A DNA stretch of 64,000 nucleotides from assembly GCF_964194155.1 (NCBI RefSeq), contig NC_135881.1, forward strand, positions 156,240,001-156,304,000, read 5' to 3'. The notes beneath the pieces are model-generated. The model was not told the origin of the DNA. It made no database searches and worked only from the letters and a program-made list of their open reading frames with translations. The first letter of the stretch is position 1, and every line of letters starts with the position of its first letter. The stretch comes from Cetorhinus maximus (lineage: Eukaryota). The translations under genes and the position numbers were made by a program. Of this stretch, positions 38,509-51,819 are shown piece by piece.

Positions 38509-40720
38509 ATAAGACATAAGACATAGGAGCAGAAATTAGGCCATTCGGCCCATTGAGTCTGCTCCGCCATTCAATCATGGCTGATAAGTTTCTCAACCCC
38601 ATTCTCCCCACGTAACCTTTGATCCCCTTACCAATCAAAAATCTATCTCGGTCTTAAATACACTCAATGACCTGGCCTCCACAGCCTTCTGTGGCAATGA
38701 ATTCCATAGATTCACCACTCTCTGGCTAAAGAAGTTTCTCCTCATCTCTGTTCTAAAAGGTCTTCCCTTTACTCTGAGGCTGTGCCCTCGGGTCCTAGTC
38801 TCTCCTACTAATGGAAACTTCTTCCCCACGTCCACTCTATCCAGGTCTTTCAGTATTCTGTAAGTTTCAATCAGATCCCCCCATATCCTTCTAAACTCCA
38901 ACGAGTATAGACCCAGAGTCCTCTAACGTTCCTCATATGTTAAGCTTTTCATTCCTGGGATCATTCTCGTGAACCTCCTCTGGACCCTCTCCAGGGCCAG
39001 CACATCCTTCCTGAGATACAGGGCCCAAAATTGCTCACAATATTCTAAATGTGGTCTGACCAGAGCCTTATAAAGCCTCAGCAGCACATCCCTGCTTTTA
39101 TATTCTAGTCCTCTCGAAATAAATGCCAACATTGCATTTGCCTTCCTAACTACTGACTCAACCTGCAAGTTAACCTTAAGAGAATCCTGGACTAGGACTC
39201 CCAAGTCCCTTTGCACTCCAGATTTCTGAACTCTCTCCCCATTTAGAAAATAGTCTATGCCTCTATTCTTCCTACCAAAGTGCATGACCTCACACTTCCC
39301 CACGTTGTATTCCATCTGCCACTTCTTTGCCCATTCTCCTAACCTGTCCAAATCCTTCTGCAGCCTCCACGCCTCCTCAATACTACCTGTCCCTCCACCT
39401 ATCTTTGTATCATCTGCAAACTTAGCCAGGATGCCCTCAGTTCCTTCATCTAGATCATTAGTGTATAAAGTGAAAAGTTGTGGTCCCAACACTGACCCCT
39501 GCGGAACTCCACTAGTCACCGGCCGCCATCCTGAGAAGGACCCCCTTACCCCCACTCTCTGCCTCCTGCCAGACAGCCAATCTTCTATCCATGCTAGCAC
39601 CTTGCCTCTAACACCATGGGCTCTTATCTTACTGAGCAGCCTCCTGTGCGGCACCTTGTCAAAGGCCTTCTGGAAGTCCAAGTAGATAACATCCATTGGC
39701 TCTCCTTTGTCTAACTTACTCGTTACCTCCTCAAAGAATTCTAACAGATTTGTCAGGCATGACCTCCCCTTGATGAAACCATGCTGACTTTGCCTGATTT
39801 TACCATGCACTTCCAAGTATTCTGAAATCTCATCCTTAATAATGGACTCTAAAATCTTACCAACGACCGAGGTCAGGCTAATCGGCCTGTAATTTCCCAT
39901 CTTTTGCCTCACCCCCTTCTTAAACAGGGGAGTTACATGAGCAATTTTCCAGTCCTCTGGGACCCTCCCTGACTCCAGTGATTCCTGAAAGATCGCCACT
40001 AACACCTCCACTATCTCTTCAGCTATCTCCTTCAGAACTCTGGGGTGGAATCCATCTGGTCCAGGTGATTTATCCACCTTCAGACCTTTCAGTTTTCCTA
40101 GCACCTTCTCCTTGGTAATGGCCACCATACTCACCTCTGCCCCCCGACTCTCTTGAACTTTGGGGATGTCACTCGTGTCTTCCACTGTGAAGACTGACGC
40201 AAAGTACCTATTCAGTTCCTCCGCCATTTCTTTGTTCCCCACTACTACTTCTCCAGCATAATTTTCCAGCGGCCCAATGTCCACTTTCGCCTCTCTTACC
40301 CTTTATATATCTAAAAAAACTCTTGCAAACTACTTTTATATTACTGGCTAGTTTACCCTCATATTTAATCTTCTCCCTCCTTATTTCTTTTGTAGTTGTC
40401 CTCTGTTGGTCTTTGTAGGCTTCCCAATCCCCTGGTTTCCCACTGCTCTTTGCCGCATTGTATGCTTTCTCTTTAGCTTTTATGCTGTCCCTGACTTCCC
40501 TTGTCAGCAATGGTTGCCTCGCCCTCCCTTTAGTATGCTTCTTCTTCCTCGGGATGAATTTTTGCTGTGTCTCCCAAATTACTCCCAGAAACTCCTGCCA
40601 TTGCTGTTCCTGCCTGTCTTTCCTGCTAGGCTCATCTCCCAGTCAATTCTGGCCAGCTCCTCCCTCATGCCTCTGTAGTTGCCTTTATTCAACTGTAATA
40701 CCGTTACATCTGATTCCAGC
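38509..40720 (-). mobile_element. Young 5'-truncated CR1 LINE with near-intact RT
   Basis: 453-aa ORF 38923-40284 with YLDFQKAFDKV, GVPQGSVLGP and KFADDTK; (cataaga)n tail; imperfect TSD aagtacca/aaatacca. Confidence 0.97.
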
Positions 40721-41675
40721 AAATACCACATAAAAGCTGGTTAACAAAACTAAGACTCAAGGAATGGGAGGATTAGTATAGCTTGGATAAAAAAAATTGA
40801 CTTAAGGACAGAAAACAACAAGTTGTAGTAAACTGTTGTTTTTCAGACTGGAGGATAGTAGACTGTGATGTTTTCCCAAGGATTAGTGCTAGGACCACTC
40901 CTTTTTTTGGTATATACAAATGACTCAGTTATTGGAACACAAAGTAAAATGTCAAAATTTGCAGGTGAAACCAAATTAGCAGAATAAGCAGAAAAGTGGC
41001 AGTTGGAATTTAGAGAAATGTGAGCTAATGCATTTTAGCAGAAGAGATAGGGAGAAGCAATCTTAATCACATGGAACCATTCTAAAAAGTGGGCAGGGAC
41101 AGAGGGATCTGAGGGTTCTTGTGCATGGATCTTTGAAGGTGGCAGGTTACATTGAGAAAGTAGTTAGCAATGCATATCAGATCTTGGGTTTCATAAATAC
41201 AGATATGAAAACAAAAACAGGAAAGTTATGCTGAACCTTTATAAAGCTTGGGCAAGGTACTGCGTCCAATTCTGGGTCACCACACTTTAGGAAGGATGCA
41301 AGGATTCTTGAGGGTGCAGAGGAGGAACTGTTCCTGCTTGTAAATGGATCGAGAACCAGAGGGCACAGTTTTAAAGTGTTTTGCAAAAGAAGCAAATGCA
41401 AGGTGAGAAAAAAAAAACTTTCACACAGCAAGTGGTTCAGGTTTGGAATGCACTGCCTGGAAGTGTGATGGAGGCAGGTTCAATTGAGGCATTCAATGAT
41501 TATTTAAACAGAAAAAAAATGTGCAGGGTTACAGGGAAATGGCAGGCGGTTGGCACCAAGTTAAAATGCTCAGAGAGCCAGTACAGACATGGGCTGAATG
41601 GCCTCCTTCTACACTGTAACAATTCTGTGATTTGCCAGAATGGATAGAGCCATGAAGGATTTTAGTTACAAACTT

Positions 41676-42288
41676 AGGTAATGGTAATTCCCAGGATGTT
41701 GATAGTGGAGGATTCAGTGATGATAATGCCATTGAACATCAAGGGTGATGGTTGGATTCTCTCTTGTTGGAAATGGTCATTGCCTGACACTTGTGTGGCA
41801 CGATGTTGCTTGCTAATTGTCAGCCCAAGCCTGGATATTGTCCAGCTCTTGCTGCATTTGGACATGGACTGCTTCAGTATCTGAAGAGTTGTGAATAGTG
41901 CTGAGCATTGTGCAATCATCAGCGAACATCCCCACTTCTGACCTTATGATGGAAGGAAGGTCGTTGATGAAGCAGCAATGGTTGGGCCGAGGACACTACC
42001 CTGAGGAGCGCCTGCAGTGATGTCCTAGAGCTGAGATGACTGGACTCCAACAACCACAACCATCTTCCTTTGTGCTAGGTATGACTCCAACCAGTGGAGA
42101 GCTTTTCCCCCTGATTCCCATTGACTCCAGTTTTGCTAGGGCTCCTTGATGCCACACTCGGTCAAATGGTGCCTAATGTCAAGGGTAGTCACTCTCCCCT
42201 CACCTCCGGAGTTCAGCTCTTTTGTCCATGTTTGAACTAAGGCTGTAATGAGATCAGAAGCTGTGGTCCTGGCAGAACCCAAACTGGT
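41676..42288 (-). mobile_element. L2/Crack-like LINE internal fragment
   Basis: Reverse-complement match to about 13665-14250. Confidence 0.85.
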
Positions 42289-42289
42289 A

Positions 42290-44080
42290 ATATAAAGACA
42301 TATAGTCAGTTTCTAGAGATATTTAAATAAGAATAAAAAAGTTAACAAAAGTGAGCTAGAGAGAGCACGTTTGGGGAATTGATAATGGAAATTAGGGAGA
42401 TAGCGGATGAATTGAACAGTATTTTGCTTCGGTCTTCATTATAGAGGACACAAGTAACATCCCAGAAATAGCTGTAAATCAGGAAATGGAAGGGAGGGAA
42501 GAACCTGAGCAAATTGTTGGGGCTGCGGGCTAACAAATCCCCGGGTCCGGATGGACTTCACCCTAAGGTCTTGAAAGAAGTGGCTAGTGAGATAGTTGAT
42601 GCATTGGTTTTAATTTTCCAAAATTCACTAGATTCTGGGAAGGTTCCGTGAGGTTGGAAATGGCAAATATAACTCCTTTATTCAAAAAGGGAGGGAGACA
42701 AAACAGGAAATTATAGGCCAGTTAGCCTAACATCTGTCATAGGAAAAAGTTAGAAGCCATTATTAAAGATGTTATAGCAGGGCACTTAGGAAAATTCAAG
42801 GCAATCAAGCAGAGTCAACATGATTTTGTAAAAGGGAAATCACGTTTAACAAATTTATTGGAGTTCTTTGAAGGGGTCCCATGTGCTGTGGATAAAGGGG
42901 ATGTACTGTACTTGGATTTCCAGAAGGCCTTTGAAGTGGTGCCACATCAAAAGTTATTGCAGAAAATAAAAGCTCATACTCATAGGGGATAACATTGGCA
43001 TGGATAGAAGATTGGCTAGCTTACAGGAAGCAGAGAGTTGGCATAAATGTGCCTTTTTCTGCTTGGCAGGGTGTGACGAGTGGTGTGCCACAGGGAGCAG
43101 TGCTGGGGCCTCAACTTTTTACAATTTATATAAATGACTTGGATGAAGGGGCTGAAGGAATGATTGCTAAATTTGCTAATGACACAAAGATAGGTAGGAA
43201 AGTAAATTGTGAGGAGGACGCAAGGAGACTACAAAGTGACATAGATAGGTTAAGTGAGTGGGCAAAGATCTGGCAAGTGGAGTATAATGTGGGCAAATGT
43301 GAAATTGGTCATTTTGGCAGGAAGAATGAATAAGAAGCTTATCTAAATGGTGAGAGATTGCAGAGCTGAGATTCAGAGGGATCTGGGTGTCCTAGTGCAT
43401 GAAATACAAATGGTTAGTTTGCAGGTACAGCAGGTAATTAGGAAAGCTAATAGAATGTTATCATTTATTGTGAGGGGAATTGATTACAAAAGTAGGGAGG
43501 TTATGCTTCAGTTGGTGAGACCACATCTGGAGTAGTGTGTGCTGTACTGGTCATCTTATTTAAAGAAAGATATAAATGTGTTAGAAGCAGTTCAGAGAAG
43601 GTTTACTAGACTAATATCAGGAATGGGCGGTTGTCTTATGACGAAAGGCTGGACAGATTAGGCTTGTATCCACTGGAATTTAGAAGAATAAGAGGCATCT
43701 TAATTGAAACCTTTAAAATTCTGAGGGGTCTTGACAGGGTGGATTTGGAGAGGATATTTCCTCTTGTGGGAGAATCTAGAACTAGGGGTCACTGTTTAAA
43801 GATAAGGGATCGCTCATTTAAGACAGAGATGAGGAGACATTTTTGCTGAGCGTTGAGTGTCTTTGGAACTCTCTTCCTCAAAAGGTGGAGGAAGAAGAGT
43901 CTTTTTTTTTTTAAAAAGGCAGAGCTAGATAGATTCTTGATTAACAAGGGGGTGAAAGGTTATCGGGGGGTAGGCAGGAATATGGGGCTGAGGTTACATT
44001 CAGATCAGCCGTGACCTTATTGAATGGCGCAGCAGGCCCGAGGGGCCAAGAAGCCTACTCCTGTTCCTAATTCGTATGTA
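42290..44080 (+). mobile_element. CR1 LINE 3' half, frameshifted
   Basis: SGVPQGAVLGP, KFANDTK, VEYNVGKCE and a 3' tail. Confidence 0.93.
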
Positions 44081-44097
44081 GTTATTCCAATAACAGT

Positions 44098-44244
44098 ATT
44101 CCAGTGTTAGATGAAGTTAGTGTTAGAGTGGAATACAATAATACATCCTATTACTTGTCATTGGTCGTAGTCAGAGGAAACAAAGTTTCCCTAATGGGAA
44201 GAAATTGATTTAAAACGATGCAGTTAAACTGAACCGAGTTATTT
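44098..44244 (+). pseudogene. Gypsy-type aspartic protease C-terminal relic
   Basis: IPVLDEVSVRVEYNNTSYYLSLVVVRGNKVSLMGRN*FKTMQLN*TELF; both stops are TGA at the Trp positions of the LLGRNWL..L.LNW motif. Confidence 0.65.
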
Positions 44245-44289
44245 ACAGTATGGATCAGTAAGAATATATGCTCCTAATTTATATCTTTG

Positions 44290-45030
44290 TATGATCTCCA
44301 ACAAGAAAATCTAACCATCACCCCTTGACATTTCATGGCATTACCAAGGCTGAATCCCACACTAACATCCTGGGGGTTACCATTGACCAGAAACTGAACT
44401 GGACTAGCCATATAAATACAGTGGCTACAAGAGCAGGTCAGACGCTGGGGATTCTGTTGTGAGTAACTCAGCTCCTGACTCCCAAAAGCCTGTCCACCCA
44501 CCATCTAAAAGGCACAAGTCAGGAGTGTGATGGAATATTCCCCACTTGCCTGGATGAATGCAGCTCCCACAACACTCAAGAAGCTTGACACCATCCAAGA
44601 CAAAGCAGCTCGCTCGATTGGCACCACATCCACAGACGTTCACTCCCTCCACCACCGACGCACAATAGCACCAGTGTGTACCATCTACAAGATGCACTGC
44701 AGAAATTCGCTAAGGCTCCTTCAACAGCAGCTTCCAAACCCACGACTACTACCATCTAGAAGGACAAGGGCAGCAAATAGATGTGAACACCAGCACCTGG
44801 AAGTTCCCTTCCAAGTCACTCACCATTCTGACTTGGAAACATATCGCCGTTCCTTCACTGTCACTGGGTCAAAATCCTGGAGCTCCCTTCCTAATATGGT
44901 GTACCTACACCACATGGACTGCAGCGATTCAAGAAGGCAGCTCACCACCACCTTCTCAAAGCAACTAAGGATGGGCAATAAATGCTGACCCAGCCAGCGA
45001 ATCCCACATCACATGAATGAATATAAAAAA
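44290..45030 (+). mobile_element. L2/Crack-like LINE 3' end
   Basis: MEYSPLAWM.A.PTTLKKLDTIQDKA and the same tail as 14388-14890. Confidence 0.88.
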
Positions 45031-47560
45031 ACTAGCTCTAATTTTTCCTTCCTTATTAATCATTTTGTTATTCTTTGCTGTTCTTTGTATTCTTTCTTTC
45101 CAATCTTCTGACCATTATCCCTTCTTGGTGTAATTATATGCATTTTCTTTAAGTATACTGTACCAGGGAAAGAAGAGAGAGGGGGAAGAAACCGTGGATG
45201 AGCGAATACTGCTCACACGACGCGTGATTCTGTGTACAAAGTGCAAAGCGCGGGCGAGTGAAAACGTGAATCAGGAAATCGCAAATGGTGGGGCTTTAGT
45301 GTCTATTCTGAAATATCCCTTTAAATGTCTGTCACTGAACTTCTATTGACATATCCCTTAACCTCATTTGCCAGTTCACTTTAGCTAGCTCTGCTTTCAT
45401 GCCCTCATAATTGCCCTTATTTAAGTTTAAGACACTAGTCTTGAATGCACTCATTCCTCCCTCAAAATGAAAATAAAATTCAATCCTAATATGATTGCTG
45501 TTACCTAGGGGTGCCTTCACTAGGAGGTTATCAATTAATCCTATCTCGTTGCTCAATACCAGCTCTAGTATAGCCTGCTCTCTGGTTGGCTCCAGAGCAT
45601 GCTGTTCTAAGAAACTATCCCAAAAAACTTCTATGAACTTCTCATCTACGCTACTTTTGCCCACCTGATTTTCAAAGTCTATATGTAGATTAAAATCCCC
45701 CATGATTATTGCTGTACCTTTCTGGCAAGCTTCCATTATCTCTTCTTTTATACTCTATCCTACTGTGAAGTTACAATTAGGGGGCTTGTACACCACTCCC
45801 ACAAGTGCTTTCTTGCCTTTATCATTCCTTATCTCAACCCAAACCGCTTCTACATCCTGGTTTTCTGAACTTAGCTCATCCCTCTCTAATATGCTAATAC
45901 AATCATTAATTAACAGAGCCACCCCTTCACCTTTTCCTAACTTCCTGTCCTTTCTAAATGTCACATATCCTTCAATATTCAGGTCTCAATCTATGTCATC
46001 CTGTAGCCTTGTCTCTTTACTGGCTATCAGATAATACTTACTTATTTGTATTTGCGCTATCAGTTCATCTGTTTTGTTTTGAATGCTACGTGCATTTAGT
46101 TACAGAGCCTTTAGTTTTGTCCTTTTATTATTTCTGTAGCATCTAGCCTTATCTGCTGATTTAATTTGTACACTGTCCCTTCCCGTCAGTCTGTTTATCA
46201 TTTCCCATATTAATACCCATCTCTCTCGCCTTGTGTCTCCTCTTTGATTTACCACACCTTCCCTAGTTTGATCTCTTGCCCCCACTATTCAGTTTAAAAC
46301 CCACTCTACTTTCCTAGTTAGGCAGCTCATGAGTATACCAGCCCCAGTACGGTTCAGGTATAGACCGTCCCAAATGGTACAGATCCCACTTTCCCCCATA
46401 CTGGTGCCAATGCCCCACAAACCAGAACCCACTTCTCCCATGCCAGTCTTTGAGCCACGCATTCACTTCTTTAATCTTATCTGTCCTATGCCAAATTGCA
46501 TGTGACTCAGGTAATAATCCAGATATTACCACCTTTGAGGTTCTGCTTCTTAATGTGGTGCTTAGCTCATCATACTGAAAAAGCAAAGCCTCCTTCCTTA
46601 TCCTGCCTATGTCATTGGTGCCTACCATGGATCATGATAACTGGACCTCCCCCTCCCACTGCAGGTTCCTCTCCAGCCCAGAGATGTCCTGAACCCTGGC
46701 ACCGGGCAGGCAACACAGCCATCTGGACTCTTGCTCTTTGCTACCGAGAGCAGTGACAACTACAATTCATACTACATTCGTTTTTGCTCCCCCAACTTGG
46801 ATGGCTTCCTGTACCACGGTGTCATGGTCAGTTTGTTCATCCACCCTGCAGCCCCCACTCTCATCCTAACAAGCTGAGAACACCTCAAACCTGTTGGACA
46901 GTTGCAGAGGCTCACACTGCTGCCCTCTGGGTCCCCTTACCTGCCTCACTCACAGTCACACCCTCCTGGCCACTGACCAAATCAGAAGACCCTATCTTAA
47001 GTGGTGTGACTAACTGCCTCCTGGTTTAAAGCATCCAGGTAACTTTCCCCTCCCTGATGTGTTGCAGGGTCTGCAGCCGATGTTCCTCAAGCCGCAAACA
47101 CTTACTGCAGACATGTTTGCCCTGGATCACAATGTTATCCAGGAGTTGCAGCCTTGGCAAATCATCTGCCCTGTCATTGTTAAAGTGTTTTAAATAATTA
47201 ATTATATTCATTATAATCACTTACTTATGTTACTTATATATTTTATTAACTTTACCACCAAATTATGCACTGTTTTAAACCTTAGGGACAGAATAGAACT
47301 TACCCACATGCCAGATACTCACCAAACAGTTAGCACCTTTCCCTGTAGTTGAGCAAGGATCAATTTCTATGGGGTGACAAAGATAGAATGAGGAAACAAA
47401 ACTCCTTCTCACCAAACTCCAAGTCTTCACTCAGTCAGCTGCATTCTGTTTGCCAAGGCTGCACTAACGAACCCTGAATTTATAGTAAACTGAACTGGGG
47501 CTACAGTAACCAGATTACTTAGCTAATTAACTACTCAGCTCCTACAGCAGAGTGAGAGTG
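45031..47560 (-). mobile_element. CR1 5' half (5' UTR, ORF1, endonuclease)
   Basis: VGTNDIGR, SKVVISGLLP, FRKDRKLGKGEGVALL and IIMGDFNLHID. Confidence 0.9.
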
Positions 47561-48009
47561 TACCCCAGTCTACTGGTAGTAGCTGCAGAAGAAGAAAAGA
47601 AAGACGTCTGACCTTATGATGGAAGGAAGGTCATTGATAAAACAACTAAACATGGCTGGGCCTAGACACTACCCTGAGGAATGCCTGATGGTAGGAGGGC
47701 TAGTGGACAAAGATTCAAGGTTTTAGGCAAGAGTTACAGGGGAATGAGGGGAAGATTTTTTTTTAAAACTCAGCAAGCGTTTATAACCTTGAACTCACTG
47801 TCTATGAGGGTGGTGCAAGCAGAGATGGATGGGTGGAATTTAATGCCCTCCCCTATGGCAGGTTTGTGGCGAGTCTGTGGCAGGTAGGAAGGTAGCAGTG
47901 GGGATGCCAGTTGCCTCCTCACCTCCAATCCAATTAGTGCTGTGGCAGGAAGGCACATGGACAGCATTCCTGCCCCAACGCCAATTGAGGCCTTTATGGG
48001 CAATTAACT

Positions 48010-49530
48010 CCCCGGGAAATTATGGCAATCCACCCAAAATCGTCAAAGTGGAAAACCTGCACTGCTGCAGCATCTCCATTGGAAGGACCTATGCCTCAAG
48101 AAATGCGTTATGCTAACCTTGTAAAAAAAACAAGAAGGATTGCAGTGACTGCAATTACCGAGGTATCACCTCGTTAAGTATCGACGGGAAGACCCATGCT
48201 CGCGTAGGTCGTTCTACATAGTCTTCATAGACCTCACCAAGGCCTTTGACCTTGTCAGCAGAGAAAGAGTCTTTAAACTGCTGTGGAAAATAGGCTGCCT
48301 GCCTGGACTCCTGGTCTTCATTTCTTCTTTCCGTGAAAAGATGCAGTTTCATCAGTTACCATGGAGCATCATCGGAGGCTTTCAAGATCAGCACCGGGGT
48401 AAAGCAGGGCTGCGTCCTGGCGCCAACTCTCTTTGGTGTATTTTTCTCCACACTGCTATTGTACGCTTTGGGTGACTCAAATGAGGGTATCTACGTGCAT
48501 ACCAGAGCTGACAGCAAGCTGTTCAGATTAGCAAGACTGCACACCAAGCCCAAGTGATTGTCCTAGTCTGTGAGTTGCTGTTTGCTGATGACGCCACACT
48601 GGCATCACAGACTGCAGTTCACTTGCATCAGCTTGGAGATCGGTTCACACAGGCCTACAAGGAATTTGGACTGTCAATCAAAATCAGGAAGATCAAAGTT
48701 ATGGGCTAGAACTTAGAGACTTCACCTTCCATCAACAATGACAACCTCACTCTGTCAACAGCTTCACGCACCTTGGATCTACAATTACCAGTAACCTGTC
48801 CCTTGATACAGAAATCAGCATCAGGATTGCCAAGGCCACAGCTGTGATGTCAAAGTTGAGACGGTGACTGTGGATCAACCTCAAGCTAACAGAAAATACA
48901 AAGCTCTGTGTACCAGGCCTGTGTTCTCAGCCCCTTTGCACTAATAACACATGGCCAACTTGTGCAAGCCAAGCAAAGTAGCTTAACAGCTTCCACCTCC
49001 GCTGCCTCAGATGAAAATTGGGCACCGCCTGGCTGGACAAGTGCTGAATACAGAAGTACACCAGCGTGCAGGGATTCCTAGCATGTTTGCTCTCATTCAG
49101 TGGTGGCTCGTTAGCTAGGTCATGTCCACCAAATGGATGACAGCCATAACCCCAAAGACATATGCTATGACGAACTTGCTATTGGCAGAGGACCAGCACC
49201 CATGCCTGAGATACATGGACATCTGCAAGGAGGACCTCAAATTGACCGGGATCAGAGGCAATATATGGGAAGTCCTTGCTGCTGACTGGAGTGGCTGGAG
49301 ACAGGTAGGTCGTGGAAAAGTGCAGAGGACAAAAGAAATGACCAGATGGTGGAAAACAGAGCCCACCAGAAGGAAAAGAAACACATTCGTTGACCTCAGC
49401 CCAACACTATTCATCTGTGCCAGCTGCGGAAGGGGCTGTCACTCACAAATCAGCCTCTACAGCCACAACAGACAACCTTCAATACAGAAGCGACATACAT
49501 CCCGGGCATCAAGATGGACGGATGCCTATA
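48010..49530 (+). mobile_element. RTE/BovB-like LINE, decayed
   Basis: TGVKQGCVLAPTLFG, LLFADDA and terminal FICASCGRGCHSQISLYSH zinc finger. Confidence 0.88.
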
Positions 49531-49740
49531 CCGCCACCTGGAAGCTCCCCTCCAAGTCACTCACCATTCCTCCACTATTGCTGGCTCAAAATCCCGGAAC
49601 TCCCTCTTTAACAGCACTGTGGGTGTACCTACACCAGCAGACTGCAGCAGTTCAGGAAGGCAGCTCACCACCACCTTAAGAGGGCAATTAAGGAATGCTG
49701 GCTTTGCTAGCGACGCCCACATCCCAAAAATGAATTTAAA
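49531..49740 (+). mobile_element. L2/Crack-like LINE tail
   Basis: Matches 14670-14890 and 44795-45030. Confidence 0.8.
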
Positions 49741-49759
49741 AAACCTATTCTGACTAAAT

Positions 49760-50020
49760 TATTGATCACGACTTCCCTCCCTGGCTTCTATCTCTGCTGA
49801 CATGGGATATTTATGGTTTTATTCCCCAGGCACTGCCTTATTTCCTTCAAATCTGCCTTCATCATTCCTCTCCTCAAAAAGCAATCCTTGACTCCTTTGT
49901 CCTTTCAAATATTTCATACCATCCTTTCCTCTCCAAAGTCCTTGAACATGTTATCACTTCCCAAATCCATGCCTATGTTTCTCAGAACTTATTGTTCAAA
50001 TTTCTCCAGTTTCTCCAGTT
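49760..50020 (+). mobile_element. L2 RT fragment
   Basis: FKSAFIIPLLKKQSLTP resembles the L2 FK.A.I.PLLKK..LDP motif. Confidence 0.6.
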
Positions 50021-51819
50021 ATAATGACCCCTGTCATTATAATTTTGGCAAGGGCTGTTTCAGTACTAAGTAGGTCGCACCATCCATCGCTAACTAATGA
50101 AGCTGAGGATGGTGCCAAAGTGAAAGAAAAGGTTAGTGGTCAGCCAGAAGGTTGGGAAAAATTTTGAAACCAGCAAAGGATAACTAAAAACGGAATAGAA
50201 GGAGAAATTGGAATATGAGAGTAAATTAACAAGTATAAACACTACAAGTATATAAAAAGGAAGAGAGAGTAGATTCCTTAGAGAATGAGACTGGGAATTA
50301 ATAATGGGAAACAAGAAAATGGAGACTTCGAAAACTGATACAAAACATTTATTCACAGTACAGGACACAAGGCATCATGAGAATAGCAGAAAATCAAAGA
50401 GTGGAACTTAAACAATCATTATCATGAGAGGAAAAGGTACTAGGAAAACTAATGGGACTAAGGGCTGACAAGTCCCCAGCACTCGATAGCACATCTAGGG
50501 TCTTAAAAGCTGCAGAAATTGGATACATTGGGTGCAACCTTCTGAAATTCTCCAGATTCTGGAAAGGTCCCAGTGGGTCGGAAACACCTATTTGAAGAAG
50601 GTAGGAGACAGAAAGTAGGAAACTATGGGCGTAATTTTCCAAGCCCGCTGGCAGTGGGCGTGATAGGTGGCATGCACGGAAAATATGGCTTGACATGCTT
50701 CATGATGGCAGGTCACGATTGTCCGCTCAGCCTGCCGATGGCGGGCTGTGTTTCCCGATGGTCGGCGGGGAGCTAATTGTAATACTTTAGCACTTTGGGG
50801 GAACGGAGATGAATGAGCAGCAACGTTCTCCACAGCCAGGCTCTTGGGACCCCGCCATATCGTCCATCCATATCGGTGGGAAAGCACGCCGACATGTTTC
50901 ACAACAGCATGCAGGCGACGTGCACTTGGCGGCCTTCATTTTGGGGGAATGGAGGTGAATGAGCAGCAGCATTCTCCACAGCTCGACCATTGTTTACAGG
51001 CCTCGGGCACCGGGGGGCGGGGAGAGACTGATGCCCGGCCCTGGAGGTGACTGCTGAGGAGGGAAGGGAGGGTCAAGTGCTGCCCTGGTGCTGCATCCCA
51101 TGCACAGGCAAAATCGAGGTTGGGGGGGGGAAAAGAGTAAGCAAGGGGAGTAGCCACGCATTAGGGACACCTGTATAAAAACTGACCATGCCTCTGCAAC
51201 TGAGACAGATCAGGCGCAGCCACAGTGATATGTTTGGGATTGGGCTCCTAGCCTGCCCATCCAGGCAACCAACGCGGAGGCAAAGGGCCACCAAGTGCTC
51301 CACACCTTACTCCCCACACCCCGGCACAGACTTCGAGTCCGCCACCACATTATTGGACCACGGAGCAGTTGGACTGCACACGTTGTACAATCTCCTCGCC
51401 AACGCTGGCCATGTAGCAGTCACTGCTGGAGACGCTCACAGCCCCTTACAATCTCAGCATCCCGGTTTGGACTAGTGTCCCCCATGTTGCAGGTTGACAG
51501 GGCAGCCATGCATTGCACTCATCTGTGTCCATCCGAGGTGTGACCAGCACTCTCCGGGAAGCATTTAGGGGTGGTCATACGGGGCCAGGAAAGGTGCTAA
51601 GTACAGGCATGATAACCATGTCTATCTTTCATGCTGCAGGAGGACCACGTCAGGATCATGGATCCTGGTGACCTAACTGTATGCCTGATGGCCTACAGAG
51701 ACTGTAGAAGACGGAGGAGAGAGAGGCTGAGGCACCTGGCAGTGCAAAGGCAGGAGCAGTAACCGCATGAAGGGGCAGCAGGGCCTCCCACACACGCTGC
51801 CCAGGAGCGACAGCAAGCC

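Larger units (their letters stand above)
36170..41630 (+). mobile_element. Old near-full-length CR1 hosting a PLE fragment and a young CR1
   Basis: 5' UTR and ORF1 similar to 27915-28860; decayed ORF2 resumes at 40721 and ends in a CR1 tail. Confidence 0.8.

Noticed and set aside
39257-39685. 142-aa plus-strand ORF and similar ones (59203-59478, 18320-18598, 52294-52650)
   Set aside because: Antisense shadows of transposon ORFs
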